Shown: positions 1-8,927 of the stretch, one piece after another
Position numbering within the stretch: position 1 is the first letter of the stretch
Layout: each line of letters begins with the position of its first letter
From: an uncultured Maricaulis sp.
GTDB lineage: Bacteria; Pseudomonadota; Alphaproteobacteria; Caulobacterales; Maricaulaceae
Direction: 5' to 3'
DNA: 64,000 bases
NCBI GenBank assembly: GCA_965217205.1
Contig: OZ244254.1
Location: forward strand, 2,161,493 to 2,225,492
Translations under genes and position numbers: made by a program
Notes under the pieces: model-generated
Told to the model about the DNA's origin: nothing
What the model saw: the letters and a program-made list of their open reading frames with translations, nothing else
The model's database searches: none

Positions 1-414
1 TTCCAGGGTTCGTCCTACATGTATGCCACCGCCCATGACTGGGCCCGCCTGGCCCTGCTCTACATGAATGACGGCATGGTCGATGGCGAACGCCTCCTGC
101 CGGAGGACTGGTATGACATCGTCGCCGAGCCGACCCCGGGTTCGAACGGCGAATACGGGATGGGCTTCTGGCTGCCCAATGAGCGCTCCAGCCTGCCGGC
201 CGACACCATCATGATGAGCGGTTTCCAGGGCCAGTGGGCCTATGTCATGCCGGAACAGGACCTGGTGATTGTGCGCTTCGGCGCGACCATGGGCGTAAAC
301 TCACGCTCGGGCGGGCTCGCCCTGGCCGTGCTGGACTCGCTTCAACCGCCGGTAACGGAGCCGGACGCGATTGTCGGGGAGACATCGGAAGACAGCCCGA
401 CGCCTGACGAATAG
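1..414 (+). CDS. Serine hydrolase, beta-lactamase-like (AmpC/class C family), C-terminal part; runs off the window start
   Basis: Typical C-terminal motifs 'DWARLALLYMNDG', 'YGMGFWL' and 'GFQGQWAYVMPEQDLVIVRFG'. Confidence 0.75.
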   Translation, partial: FQGSSYMYATAHDWARLALLYMNDGMVDGERLLPEDWYDIVAEPTPGSNGEYGMGFWLPNERSSLPADTIMMSGFQGQWAYVMPEQDLVIVRFGATMGVNSRSGGLALAVLDSLQPPVTEPDAIVGETSEDSPTPDE

Positions 415-431
415 CGGGTCTGGATGATCAC

Positions 432-887
432 CTAGGCGGCGACGCAGAGCGGCGGCGTCTCGGCAATCATGCCCTGCATCAAGGCCTGACGAATGTGCTG
501 GCTGACCGCGAAGGGACCGGCGCGTTTCTCATTGATCGCGCTGGCCAGCGTACAATTGGCTCGCGAGTCGGGGGTATGAGCCACCGCCCAGGTTTCGAAC
601 TGGCGGCGCAGGACCGGTACAAATTCCAGTACCTGCAGGTCAAAGATCCGCGGATCGCCTTCGGCGCACTGATGGTAGGCGCAAAGATCTGGACTAGCAC
701 CTTCAATGACTTCGAGCAGAAGGCCCGCTTCGACAACCAGTCCCCCGGTCAGCCCGTCATCGACACTGGTTTGAAGGCAGCACGCCAGAAGCGATCCAAG
801 CTCACCGGTCAAGGCGACACGCCCTGTCTCAACCGTCGTACGGGCCGCGAGGACCATTCTGTGCAGCATGCGGGCATCCACTTCCAT
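432..887 (-). CDS. Hypothetical protein (151 aa)
   Basis: Best ORF filling the gap between the hydrolase and ubiD; no recognisable motif. Confidence 0.45.
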   Translation of the reverse strand: MEVDARMLHRMVLAARTTVETGRVALTGELGSLLACCLQTSVDDGLTGGLVVEAGLLLEVIEGASPDLCAYHQCAEGDPRIFDLQVLEFVPVLRRQFETWAVAHTPDSRANCTLASAINEKRAGPFAVSQHIRQALMQGMIAETPPLCVAA

Positions 888-1073
888 TGTGCAGGGCTCG
901 CGATTTAGGCCAAAATTTTGAAAATCTTTTCAAGAATTTGAGCCGGATTTGTCTCGAATTCAGTTCAAATTTTTCCGATCCCGGGCAAGTCTCTGGCCCT
1001 GCGGCAGAAAGCGGGCTGGACTTTCGCCGGTGAAGTTGCAGTTTCGGGAGCATAACAAAGCAGGACCGCCCGC

Positions 1074-2582
1074 ATGGCCTACAAGTCGCTTCGCGAATTC
1101 ATCGACCAGCTCGAGGCCGAGGGCGATCTCGTCCGTGTCACCACGCCGGTTTCGACCGAGCTGGAAATGACCGAGATTCACAAGCGCACCCTGCATGCCG
1201 GCGGCCCGGCCATCCTGTTTGAAAATGTCATCAATGAACGCGGCGAAAGGAGCGAGATGCCGTGCCTGGTCAATCTGTTCGGCACGGTCAAAAGGGTCGC
1301 CCAGGCGGTCACGCTGGGCGGCGAGGCCCGCACCACCGGCGCCGAGCTGCGCGAAGTTGGCGAGCTTCTTGCCTTCCTGCGCCAGCCCGAGCCACCGCGT
1401 GGGCTGAAGGAAGCCGCCGAACTCCTGCCGCTCGCCAGGACCGTGATGTCGATGCGGCCCAAGACCGTCAAAAAGGCGCCCTGCCAGGACGTGGTCCTGA
1501 CCGGCGATGATATCGATCTCGACCGCCTGCCCATCCAGACCTGCTGGCCCGGCGAACCCGCCCCGCTCATCACCTGGCCCCTGGTCGTCACCAAGGGTCC
1601 GTCAGACGACAAGCAGGATGATTTCAATCTCGGCATCTACCGCATGCAAAAGCTCGGCAAGGACCGCACGCTGATGCGCTGGCTCAAGCATCGCGGCGGC
1701 GCCCAGCATTATCAGCGCTGGAAAGACACCAAGCCCGACCCATTGCCCGCCGCCGTCGTGCTCGGCGCCGATCCCGGCACCATCCTCGCGGCGGTCACGC
1801 CGATCCCGGACACGCTGTCGGAATACCAGTTCGCCGGCATATTGCGCAGCAAGAAGGCCGAGCTGGTCGACTGCAAGACGGTCCCGCTCAAAGTGCCGGC
1901 CGAAGCCGAGATCATCCTGGAAGGCCATGTCCTGCTCGACGAATACGGCCCGGAAGGCCCCTATGGCGACCACACCGGCTACTATAATTCCGTCGAGCAT
2001 TTCCCGGTCTTCCAGATCAGCGCCATCACCATGCGCACGGATCCGATCTATCTGACCACCTATACCGGCCGTCCGCCGGACGAGCCGGCGGTGCTGGGCG
2101 AGGCCCTCAACGAGGTCTTCATTCCGCTCCTGCAGCAGCAATTCCCGGAAATCCTCGATTTCTGGCTGCCGCCGGAGGGCTGTTCCTACCGCATCGCCGT
2201 GATCTCGATGAAGAAGGCCTATGCCGGCCATGCCAAGCGCGTGATGATGGGCGCCTGGTCCTTCCTGCGGCAATTCATGTACACCAAATGGATCATCGTC
2301 GTGGACGCGGACATCAATGCGCGCGACTGGAAGGATGTGATGTGGGCCGTCTCGACCCGCATGGACCCGGCCCGCGACATCGTCACGGTTGAAAACACCC
2401 CCATCGACTATCTCGACTTCGCCTCCCCGGTCTCCGGCCTCGGCTCCAAGATCGGGCTGGATGCGACCAACAAGACCGGCCACGAGACGACGCGGGAATG
2501 GGGCGAAAAGCTCGACATGGACGACAAGACCAAGGCGCGGATCGACGCGATCTGGGGGGAATTGGGGATTGAGTTGGGATGA
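1074..2582 (+). CDS. ubiD: UbiD-family (prFMN-dependent) decarboxylase, probably 4-hydroxy-3-polyprenylbenzoate decarboxylase
   Basis: '[10 protein letters not shown]', 'GIYRMQ', '[11 protein letters not shown]', '[23 protein letters not shown]' motifs. Confidence 0.93.
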   Translation: MAYKSLREFIDQLEAEGDLVRVTTPVSTELEMTEIHKRTLHAGGPAILFENVINERGERSEMPCLVNLFGTVKRVAQAVTLGGEARTTGAELREVGELLAFLRQPEPPRGLKEAAELLPLARTVMSMRPKTVKKAPCQDVVLTGDDIDLDRLPIQTCWPGEPAPLITWPLVVTKGPSDDKQDDFNLGIYRMQKLGKDRTLMRWLKHRGGAQHYQRWKDTKPDPLPAAVVLGADPGTILAAVTPIPDTLSEYQFAGILRSKKAELVDCKTVPLKVPAEAEIILEGHVLLDEYGPEGPYGDHTGYYNSVEHFPVFQISAITMRTDPIYLTTYTGRPPDEPAVLGEALNEVFIPLLQQQFPEILDFWLPPEGCSYRIAVISMKKAYAGHAKRVMMGAWSFLRQFMYTKWIIVVDADINARDWKDVMWAVSTRMDPARDIVTVENTPIDYLDFASPVSGLGSKIGLDATNKTGHETTREWGEKLDMDDKTKARIDAIWGELGIELG

Positions 2583-2610
2583 CTTCGGTCCGCGCGTAGC
2601 GCCCTAATCC

Positions 2611-2728
2611 TTGTCATCCCTGACGGACGCCCGGCGCAGGCCGGGCGAAGATCAGGGACCTAGCTGGTCGAACACTTGGGTCCCCGCCTTGCGTCCGGCC
2701 TTCGCCGGACATCCAGCGGGGATGACAA
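2611..2728. repeat. REP-like palindromic doublet with TTGTCATCCC...GGGATGACAA ends (copy A)
   Basis: 10-bp terminal inverted repeat; internal hairpins gcccggc-gcag-gccgggc and gtccggc-cttc-gccggac. Confidence 0.85.
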
Positions 2729-2770
2729 GCTCGCAGACCGGGCGTTTATCCCCGCGATTACCACACGCAC

Positions 2771-2876
2771 CCGTCATCCTGACGCAAGTCAGGAACCAGT
2801 CTCGCAGGCCCGATTTGGCCAATCTTGGCAACAACTTGTGTCGCAATCTGGGTCCCGGCCTGCGCCGGGATGACGG
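2771..2876. repeat. CGTC-tagged REP-like doublet (copy A)
   Basis: ccgtcatcc...ggatgacgg ends; hairpins tcctgac-gcaa-gtcagga and tcccggc-ctgc-gccggga. Confidence 0.85.
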
Positions 2877-2933
2877 TGTGTGGGGCGAAAAACTTATCCC
2901 CACCCCCTCGGCGCCAGCGCATACTCCCCTTGT

Positions 2934-3227
2934 TCCCGCGTCACCTGAGGCCCGGATTGGTTATCCGGGGGCGTGGGGAGGACGGAGCTCGTCCGGTTGG
3001 GTGGATTTGACCACCATCCGACCCGGCGTGGCCATCGGCAGGACGGCGGCACAAAGCTCGACCGTTTGATCCTGTCGGTTTCGAGACGGGGCCGGTAACG
3101 GCCTTGAGTAAATCTCCGTGTGCGAGGTGCCCCCGGCGCCACCTACACAAATTCCATAGCAAGGCACCGGCAAGGCACCTCGCACCCCTCTACGGCCCAC
3201 ACCGCCAGGCGAAATCGTCATGGCGCG
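2934..3227 (-). ncRNA. Putative structured RNA/ssDNA core of the repeat element (copy A)
   Basis: About 95% identical to 46382-46677; multiple stems; compensatory substitutions between copies; G-U wobbles favour this strand. Confidence 0.6.
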
Positions 3228-3373
3228 AATGGGCGCGTCACCCTTTCCGTCAACAGATATGAGGTGAAGCCATGTCAGCTCGCCGCCCTGCCCGCGTTGG
3301 GGTTTTCCGATCTGGCGCTCACGCGCCTTTCAATCCGGGCGGGGCGGTTGCTGACTCAAGTCTGTGCTGAGCG

Positions 3374-3446
3374 GGGGACAGGTATAATTAACGCGCCGCC
3401 CGGTCGCGCCCGGCACATCCGAGGCGCGTTAATTATACCTGTCCCC
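3374..3446. repeat. Perfect 24-bp inverted repeat GGGGACAGGTATAATTAACGCGCC / GGCGCGTTAATTATACCTGTCCCC with a 25-nt loop (MITE-like empty TIR pair)
   Basis: Read directly from the sequence; the same arms recur at 46187-46258. Confidence 0.9.
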
Positions 3447-3452
3447 ATTATT

Positions 3453-4034
3453 TCAGGTCTGGCCGGTCTTGATGCGGACATCAGCGGGCGGCGGTTTGTA
3501 GGCCTCGAAAGCGTCCAGAAGCTTGGTCGGACGGTCGGCGACGATCAGCGCGCCACGATGCTCCGGCGCGAGGAAGCCCTGTTCCGTCATCTTGTCGAGG
3601 AAGGCGACCAGCTCGTCATAATAGCCATTGACGTTGAGCAGGCCGACCGGATGGCGGTGCTGACCGAGCTGGGCCCAGGTCCAGATCTCGAACATCTCTT
3701 CCATCGTGCCAATGCCGCCGGGCATGGCGATAAAGCCCTCCGACAACTGCTCCATCTTGGCCTTGCGGGCATGCATGGATTTGACGACATGCAGCGTCGT
3801 CAGCTCCATGTGGGCGATTTCCTTGAGGGCGAGAAATTCCGGAATCACGCCGACAACCCGTCCACCCGCGGCCAGGGTCGCGTCGGCGATACGGCCCATC
3901 AAACCCACACGTCCACCGCCATAGACGAGCTCGATACCGCGTAGCGCCATGATCTGGCCAAGCCGGTCAGCCACTTCGAGAAAGGCTGGATCCTGGCCCG
4001 CATTGGAGCCGCAATACACGCAGATGGACTTCAT
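3453..4034 (-). CDS. LOG-family (TIGR00730) nucleotide phosphoribohydrolase
   Basis: 'ICVYCGS', 'LVYGGGRVGLMG', 'MHARK', 'PGGIGTMEE' motifs; start reassigned to ATG 4034. Confidence 0.92.
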   Translation of the reverse strand: MKSICVYCGSNAGQDPAFLEVADRLGQIMALRGIELVYGGGRVGLMGRIADATLAAGGRVVGVIPEFLALKEIAHMELTTLHVVKSMHARKAKMEQLSEGFIAMPGGIGTMEEMFEIWTWAQLGQHRHPVGLLNVNGYYDELVAFLDKMTEQGFLAPEHRGALIVADRPTKLLDAFEAYKPPPADVRIKTGQT

Positions 4035-4103
4035 TTTGGACCCGTTGGTCTTGGAAAGGCGGCAGGCTGTCGTATCCTGCGTCAAACCGGTTTGGAGACA
4101 AGC

Positions 4104-5222
4104 ATGAAACAGGTCGCGATCCTGATAGTCGCGCTGCTGGCGGCGGGCAAGATGCTTGCGCCCGCGGCGGCACAGATTGACGCGCCCGTCGTGCTGCCTG
4201 CCGAGGTCTGCCGTGGCTATTTCTTCGTGCCGGTCACGCTGGAAGTTCGCGACGGGGAAATGGAATCGGACCGGACGCTCTGGTTCCTCTACGACACGGG
4301 CGCCGCATCGAGTTATGTCGATCCGGACAGTATCGAACGCGTCTCCGGGCGACGGCTGGACAGCGGGGTTCGCGCCAATTTCGGGACCACGACCACGGGC
4401 CCGCTGCGCCTGACCGGTCTGCGGGCCCGGGTCCGTGATCTTGATCATCTCTCCATCGCCCTGGGTCGCGAGATTGATGGCATTCTGGAGTTCGACGCTT
4501 TCGAGGACGTCCTTTTGACGCTCGATTATGCCGCTGGCGAAATGCGGGTGGTGAACGGGGAATTGCCGAGCCCGAACGGCGAAACGGTGTTCCGGGCCAA
4601 CGGGCCGGATATTCGCCCCTGGATCCAGGTCCGTTTTCCCGGTCGCGGCACACGTCGCCTCCTGATCGACAGCGGCGCCGCGCTCAGCCCCATCATCCTG
4701 CGCGATATCGAACGCTATGACACGGTGGTGCCGCCGCGCGCCACCGGCGCCGCCGTACGATTTTCGGAGATTGAACGTCGATCGTCGGCCCGGCTCAACA
4801 CCAATGCCATGATCGGACCGAATGTCCTGGTCCAGCCGGTCATCCAGTCAACGCCCGGCACCGAAATCCTGGGCGGTCAGGCGCTGCGCCATTTCAACTG
4901 GACCTTCGATCAGCGCAATGAACGGGTTCTCATTGAGCGCAATGCGCCGGAGGTCCCGATCACCTTTGAACCGCTGGTCACCCATGGCCTGGTCCTGGTG
5001 CCGGAAAATGACGGCATGCGCGTGGCCGCGGTGATTGCCAATTCACCGGCTTTCGACGCAGGCGTAGAGATCGGCGACTTCATCACACATTTCAATGGCG
5101 CGGAGATGCGCGAGCGGTCCTGCGACCTGGACACCGGGCCGCCGGAAACTCTCGATCTGGATCTGATCCGGGACGGCGAAGCGCTGGCGCTGACGCTGAA
5201 CCTCTATCCGCTGGTCGACTAG
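4104..5222 (+). CDS. Exported aspartyl protease (two retropepsin-like lobes) with C-terminal PDZ domain
   Basis: Signal peptide; catalytic-type motifs 'FLYDTGA' and 'LLIDSGA'; PDZ-like 'VIANSPAFDAGVEIGDFITHFNG'; GGAG RBS before ATG 4104. Confidence 0.78.
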   Translation: MKQVAILIVALLAAGKMLAPAAAQIDAPVVLPAEVCRGYFFVPVTLEVRDGEMESDRTLWFLYDTGAASSYVDPDSIERVSGRRLDSGVRANFGTTTTGPLRLTGLRARVRDLDHLSIALGREIDGILEFDAFEDVLLTLDYAAGEMRVVNGELPSPNGETVFRANGPDIRPWIQVRFPGRGTRRLLIDSGAALSPIILRDIERYDTVVPPRATGAAVRFSEIERRSSARLNTNAMIGPNVLVQPVIQSTPGTEILGGQALRHFNWTFDQRNERVLIERNAPEVPITFEPLVTHGLVLVPENDGMRVAAVIANSPAFDAGVEIGDFITHFNGAEMRERSCDLDTGPPETLDLDLIRDGEALALTLNLYPLVD

Positions 5223-6304
5223 GCCTTGGCCAGATGCGCGCCCATCGCCCGGATTGCGGCGATGATGCGGGCCGGGTCGGCGGCCAGGAGGCGTTCGCCG
5301 ACCGTGATCTCGAGCGCCGGCACCGGGTCGCACTCGAAATGCCAGAAGCGATTGCCCAGCCAGACGCCGGTCGCCTCCGCCGCCGCGTCACGGGCCGCCT
5401 CGGCGGTCGCCACATCGCAATCGAGACGGACATGCATCATGTTCACAGGCGGTGTTTGCGGCGTGATCGTCAGCCCTTTCACCGCACCGACACCGGCCGC
5501 GATCTCGCGGGCCCGGGCCACAAAAGCGGGCATCTTGTCGAGCCGTTCCTCGAGCACGCGCAAGGCGTCCGGCACCATCGGCCAGGCCGAGACCAGGCGT
5601 CCGCCCATACGCGCCAGCCAGAGCCGCGCCTCGGCCACGAAGTCGTCCTCACCGGCCAGAATGGCCCCGCCGGACGCGCCCAGATCCTTGTAGAAAGACG
5701 CATAGACCGAGGCGAAACCATCGCAGATTTCCGGCCAGTCATGACCGGGCCAGGCCGAGGGCAGGCTCCAGATGCGGGCGCCATCCATGTGAAGCGCCTG
5801 ACCGAGCTCGGCAGCGCGCGCCTTGACCGCGACCAGCGTCTCCCAGTCCGGCACGGCGCCGCCATTATGCCGTTGCGGCAGCTCGACAAACGTACAACCC
5901 GCGCGTTCCGGCAGGTCATCGGGCCGCATCGCGCGCGACCAGTCTCCGCACATCACCGGTTCCAGCCCGTGCAGATGGATGTGACCGTCTTCTTCATGCA
6001 GGGCGAGGTGTGAGGTCGGGTGAAGGCCCAGGCGTGTGTCGCCGGCCGCGGCGCAATGGATCCGCGCCGCAACGCCCTGGGCCATGGTACCCGACGGGAA
6101 CCAGACCGCCGCCGGTTTGCCGAACAATTCGGCAATGCGCGATTCCAGACGACCGACGCTGTCGCCGGTCAGATAGGCTTCCTCACCCAGGTTTGCCCGC
6201 CGCATGAAGGCCGCCACCCGCTCCAGGCGGTCAGCGGGCTCGCCATCATTGTGGAAGGGAAAGCCGAGATCGAGATCGCAGCGCGCTTTCAACGCCGCAT
6301 TCAT
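5219..6304 (-). CDS. Low-specificity threonine aldolase / beta-eliminating lyase family (PLP)
   Basis: 'FPSGTMAQ', 'LHMDGAR', 'YASFYKDLG' (PLP lysine). Confidence 0.82.
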   Translation of the reverse strand: MNAALKARCDLDLGFPFHNDGEPADRLERVAAFMRRANLGEEAYLTGDSVGRLESRIAELFGKPAAVWFPSGTMAQGVAARIHCAAAGDTRLGLHPTSHLALHEEDGHIHLHGLEPVMCGDWSRAMRPDDLPERAGCTFVELPQRHNGGAVPDWETLVAVKARAAELGQALHMDGARIWSLPSAWPGHDWPEICDGFASVYASFYKDLGASGGAILAGEDDFVAEARLWLARMGGRLVSAWPMVPDALRVLEERLDKMPAFVARAREIAAGVGAVKGLTITPQTPPVNMMHVRLDCDVATAEAARDAAAEATGVWLGNRFWHFECDPVPALEITVGERLLAADPARIIAAIRAMGAHLAKA

Positions 6305-6660
6305 TCCGCGGCACTGGCCGTCAAACTGGCAAGCGTGCTCGCACTCCAGCCGACTGATACGACAGTACCGGCCTCGATAACAGGACGTTTGATGAGGGTC
6401 GGATGAGCAATCAGCACACCGGCCGGGTCATCCTCGGCGATGGCGCGATCCTCGTCCGACATGTTGCGCCAGGTCGTCGAGCGCGTATTGACCAGCGCCT
6501 TGGCGCCGACTGCATCGAGCCAGTCGGGAACCTTGACGACCCGGTCCACCTCCTCGCGGATATCGACAAAGCGATGAGCCAGGCCGGCTTCATCCAGAGC
6601 TTTCATGGCCTTCTTGCAGCTATCGCAATTCTTCAGGCCATAAACCGTCAATCCTGCCAC
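6301..6660 (-). CDS. ArsC/Spx (YffB-like) family protein
   Basis: 'VYGLKNCDSCKKA', 'LVNTRSTTWR', 'HPTLIKRPV'; GTG start at 6660 with GGAGAG RBS. Confidence 0.85.
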   Translation of the reverse strand: MAGLTVYGLKNCDSCKKAMKALDEAGLAHRFVDIREEVDRVVKVPDWLDAVGAKALVNTRSTTWRNMSDEDRAIAEDDPAGVLIAHPTLIKRPVIEAGTVVSVGWSASTLASLTASAAE

Positions 6661-6690
6661 GAAACTCTCCCCATACGCTTTCAATTCTGA

Positions 6691-7836
6691 CTACTCGGCG
6701 GCTTCAATCCTGTCACGATCAGCCCGCAGCTCGGCGGCGCGGGCTTCGACCATTTCCACGATATGCTCGACCATTTCCTCATTGGAGACATTGTGGTCGG
6801 GCCGACCAGAGACATACATCTTGCCACGCCCCGCCCCGCCGCCGGTGAAGCCCAGATCGGTCATCAAGGCTTCGCCGGGTCCGTTGACCACGCAGCCGAT
6901 GATCGACAGCGAGATCGGTTCGGAAATATGCGCCAGCCGGCTCTCCAGCGTCTCGACCGTACGGATCACGTCGAAGCCCTGACGGGCACAGGACGGGCAG
7001 GCGATGATATTGACGCCCCGGGTCCGCAGGCCCAGTGATTTGAGAATGTCGAAGCCGACCTTCACCTCTTCCTCCGGCTCGGCGGAGAGCGAGACACGGA
7101 TCGTGTCGCCAATCCCGGCCCACAGGAGCGAACCGATCCCGATGGAGGATTTGACCGTGCCGATCCGTGTCCCGCCCGCCTCGGTCACGCCGAGATGGAG
7201 CGGTGCATCCGTGGCCTCGGACAGGGCCTGATAGGCCGCGACAGTCAGGAAGGCGTCCGACGCCTTCACCGAAATCTTGTAGTCGCGGAAATCGAGGTCA
7301 TCGAGGATACGGGCATGATCGAGGGCGCTTTCCACCATCGCCTCGGGACAGGGCTCACCGTATTTCTCCAGCAGATGGCGTTCCAGCGAACCGGCATTGA
7401 CCCCGATGCGGATGGCACAGCCGTGATCACGCGCCGCCTGGACGACATCCTTCACCCGCTCCATCGAGCCGATATTGCCCGGATTGATCCGCAGGCAGGC
7501 CGCCCCGGCCTCGGCCGCTTCGATGCCGCGCTTGTAGTGGAAATGGATATCCGCGATCAGCGGCACATTCGCCGCTTTGGCAATCGTCCTGAAAGCCGCG
7601 GTCGAGTCCTCATCCGGGCAGGAAACGCGGACCAGATCAACGCCCGCCTCTTCACAGCGCCGGATCTGGTCAATCGTCGCGCCGGCATCAGAGGTGGGTG
7701 TATTGGTCATGGTCTGGACGCTGATCGGGGCATCGCCGCCGACCTCGAGCGGTCCGACCTTGATGGTGCGGCTCTTGCGGCGCTCGATCATCCGCCAGGG
7801 ACGGACCGAGCGCGGATCAGCGCTGGATTGTGACAT
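6691..7836 (-). CDS. ispG: 4-hydroxy-3-methylbut-2-en-1-yl diphosphate synthase (flavodoxin)
   Basis: '[10 protein letters not shown]', 'ADIHF', 'RINPGNIG', 'CPSCAR', 'GCVVNGPGE'. Confidence 0.97.
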   Translation of the reverse strand: MSQSSADPRSVRPWRMIERRKSRTIKVGPLEVGGDAPISVQTMTNTPTSDAGATIDQIRRCEEAGVDLVRVSCPDEDSTAAFRTIAKAANVPLIADIHFHYKRGIEAAEAGAACLRINPGNIGSMERVKDVVQAARDHGCAIRIGVNAGSLERHLLEKYGEPCPEAMVESALDHARILDDLDFRDYKISVKASDAFLTVAAYQALSEATDAPLHLGVTEAGGTRIGTVKSSIGIGSLLWAGIGDTIRVSLSAEPEEEVKVGFDILKSLGLRTRGVNIIACPSCARQGFDVIRTVETLESRLAHISEPISLSIIGCVVNGPGEALMTDLGFTGGGAGRGKMYVSGRPDHNVSNEEMVEHIVEMVEARAAELRADRDRIEAAE

Positions 7837-7990
7837 CAACACTCTCCCTTGTCGGATACGTCGCGGGGCGACGATCCGGGACCTGTGCTGGATATAGCGT
7901 CATTGTGCCCGGCATGCGACCGGGGGTGCGGCATTTTACTGCGGCTGGCGACTGCGACGGACTGCCACGCAGCCCGGGGCGGCGTGCCTG

Positions 7991-8860
7991 TTATTGAGGT
8001 TGTATGTCCGCAGTATCGGCCTCGGCCATGACCGGCAGGTTTTCAACCGCCATACCGGCATCACCCAGCAAGCCAACAGCTTCGCCATCGCGCATTAATT
8101 CGATCGCTCCGGCATTGGCGGCCGAAACCGTCAGGCCCGGCTCGAGCGCCCTGTAGACCTCGCCGACAGCGAGTTCACGCGAGAACAGGATACGGCCGGA
8201 GGCATCGCGCACTTCCAGCCAGGTCGGCAAGACCGCTCGCATCACGACCTGCCCGGATGCGGCCGCCGCTTCGCCGAGCGGCAAGCCGGACCAGATTTCA
8301 TCAACGCTGACGGCCACGCGCCCGGTCTCGAAATCCGGCCGCGCCCAGTCCGGCGCGGCGTCCGGCGGAGACGGCATGTTGGTCAAGGCCGAGCCACCCG
8401 CGAATTCCTCGGAATACCACCAGGCGGCACCCGCAACGGCAGCGAGGATAAGGAGCGCCCCGAAAGCCCCGCGCGGCAGTTTGATCGGATCCCGCGTCTT
8501 GGCAGCGGCGCTGGGCTGTGCGCGCCCGGTTTCGGTATCCACTTCGCGCTTGAACTGGTCGACCACGCCGCCGGCATCGAGGCTGAGAAAATTGGCGTAG
8601 GTACGCAAATAGCCGATGGCATAAGCCCGGGCCGGCAGGCCGCGCGGGTCCATGGTTTCCAGGGCTTCGAGATAATCGGCACGCACGCGGGTACGTTCGG
8701 CAGCCTGTTGCAGGGTCAGATTGAGTTTGTGCCGGGCGTCTCGGAGGCGTTCGCCAGCCGACAGGTGTACGTATCCAACACCGTCGTCGGAATAGACTGC
8801 ATCAACGGGCACGAAGTCCGCACTGGGCGTCTGACTCACCATCACCATACCGCCGCTCAT
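7991..8860 (-). CDS. RodZ-like membrane protein (HTH, TM helix, DUF4115-like C-terminus)
   Basis: N-terminal HTH 'GERLRDAR...YAIGYLRTYANFL', TM segment, C-terminal 'WLEVRDASG'; sits upstream of ispG as is usual; start uncertain (8860 or 8881). Confidence 0.8.
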   Translation of the reverse strand: MSGGMVMVSQTPSADFVPVDAVYSDDGVGYVHLSAGERLRDARHKLNLTLQQAAERTRVRADYLEALETMDPRGLPARAYAIGYLRTYANFLSLDAGGVVDQFKREVDTETGRAQPSAAAKTRDPIKLPRGAFGALLILAAVAGAAWWYSEEFAGGSALTNMPSPPDAAPDWARPDFETGRVAVSVDEIWSGLPLGEAAAASGQVVMRAVLPTWLEVRDASGRILFSRELAVGEVYRALEPGLTVSAANAGAIELMRDGEAVGLLGDAGMAVENLPVMAEADTADIQPQ

Positions 8861-8908
8861 CCTTGCCGGAGCGATCGTCACTCACAAACGCGTCTGGAAA
8901 GAATTTCC

Positions 8909-8923
8909 TTAACGCTTTCTTAT
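8909..8923. promoter_or_regulatory. Near-consensus CtrA box TTAA-N7-TTAT upstream of the rodZ-like/ispG genes
   Basis: ttaa-cgctttc-ttat, one mismatch to TTAA-N7-TTAA. Confidence 0.35.
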
Positions 8924-8927
8924 AAGA

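Larger units (their letters stand above)
2611..3446 (-). repeat. Composite non-coding repeat element, copy A (836 bp); inverted homolog of 46187-47000
   Basis: Colinear with the reverse complement of 46187-47000 across the REP doublets, linkers, structured core and terminal palindrome; lies between convergent ubiD and LOG genes. Confidence 0.92.

Noticed and set aside
3326-3340. CRISPR-like 'GGATTGAAAG' on the minus strand in the variable slot
   Set aside because: Single occurrence; no repeat-spacer periodicity and no cas genes
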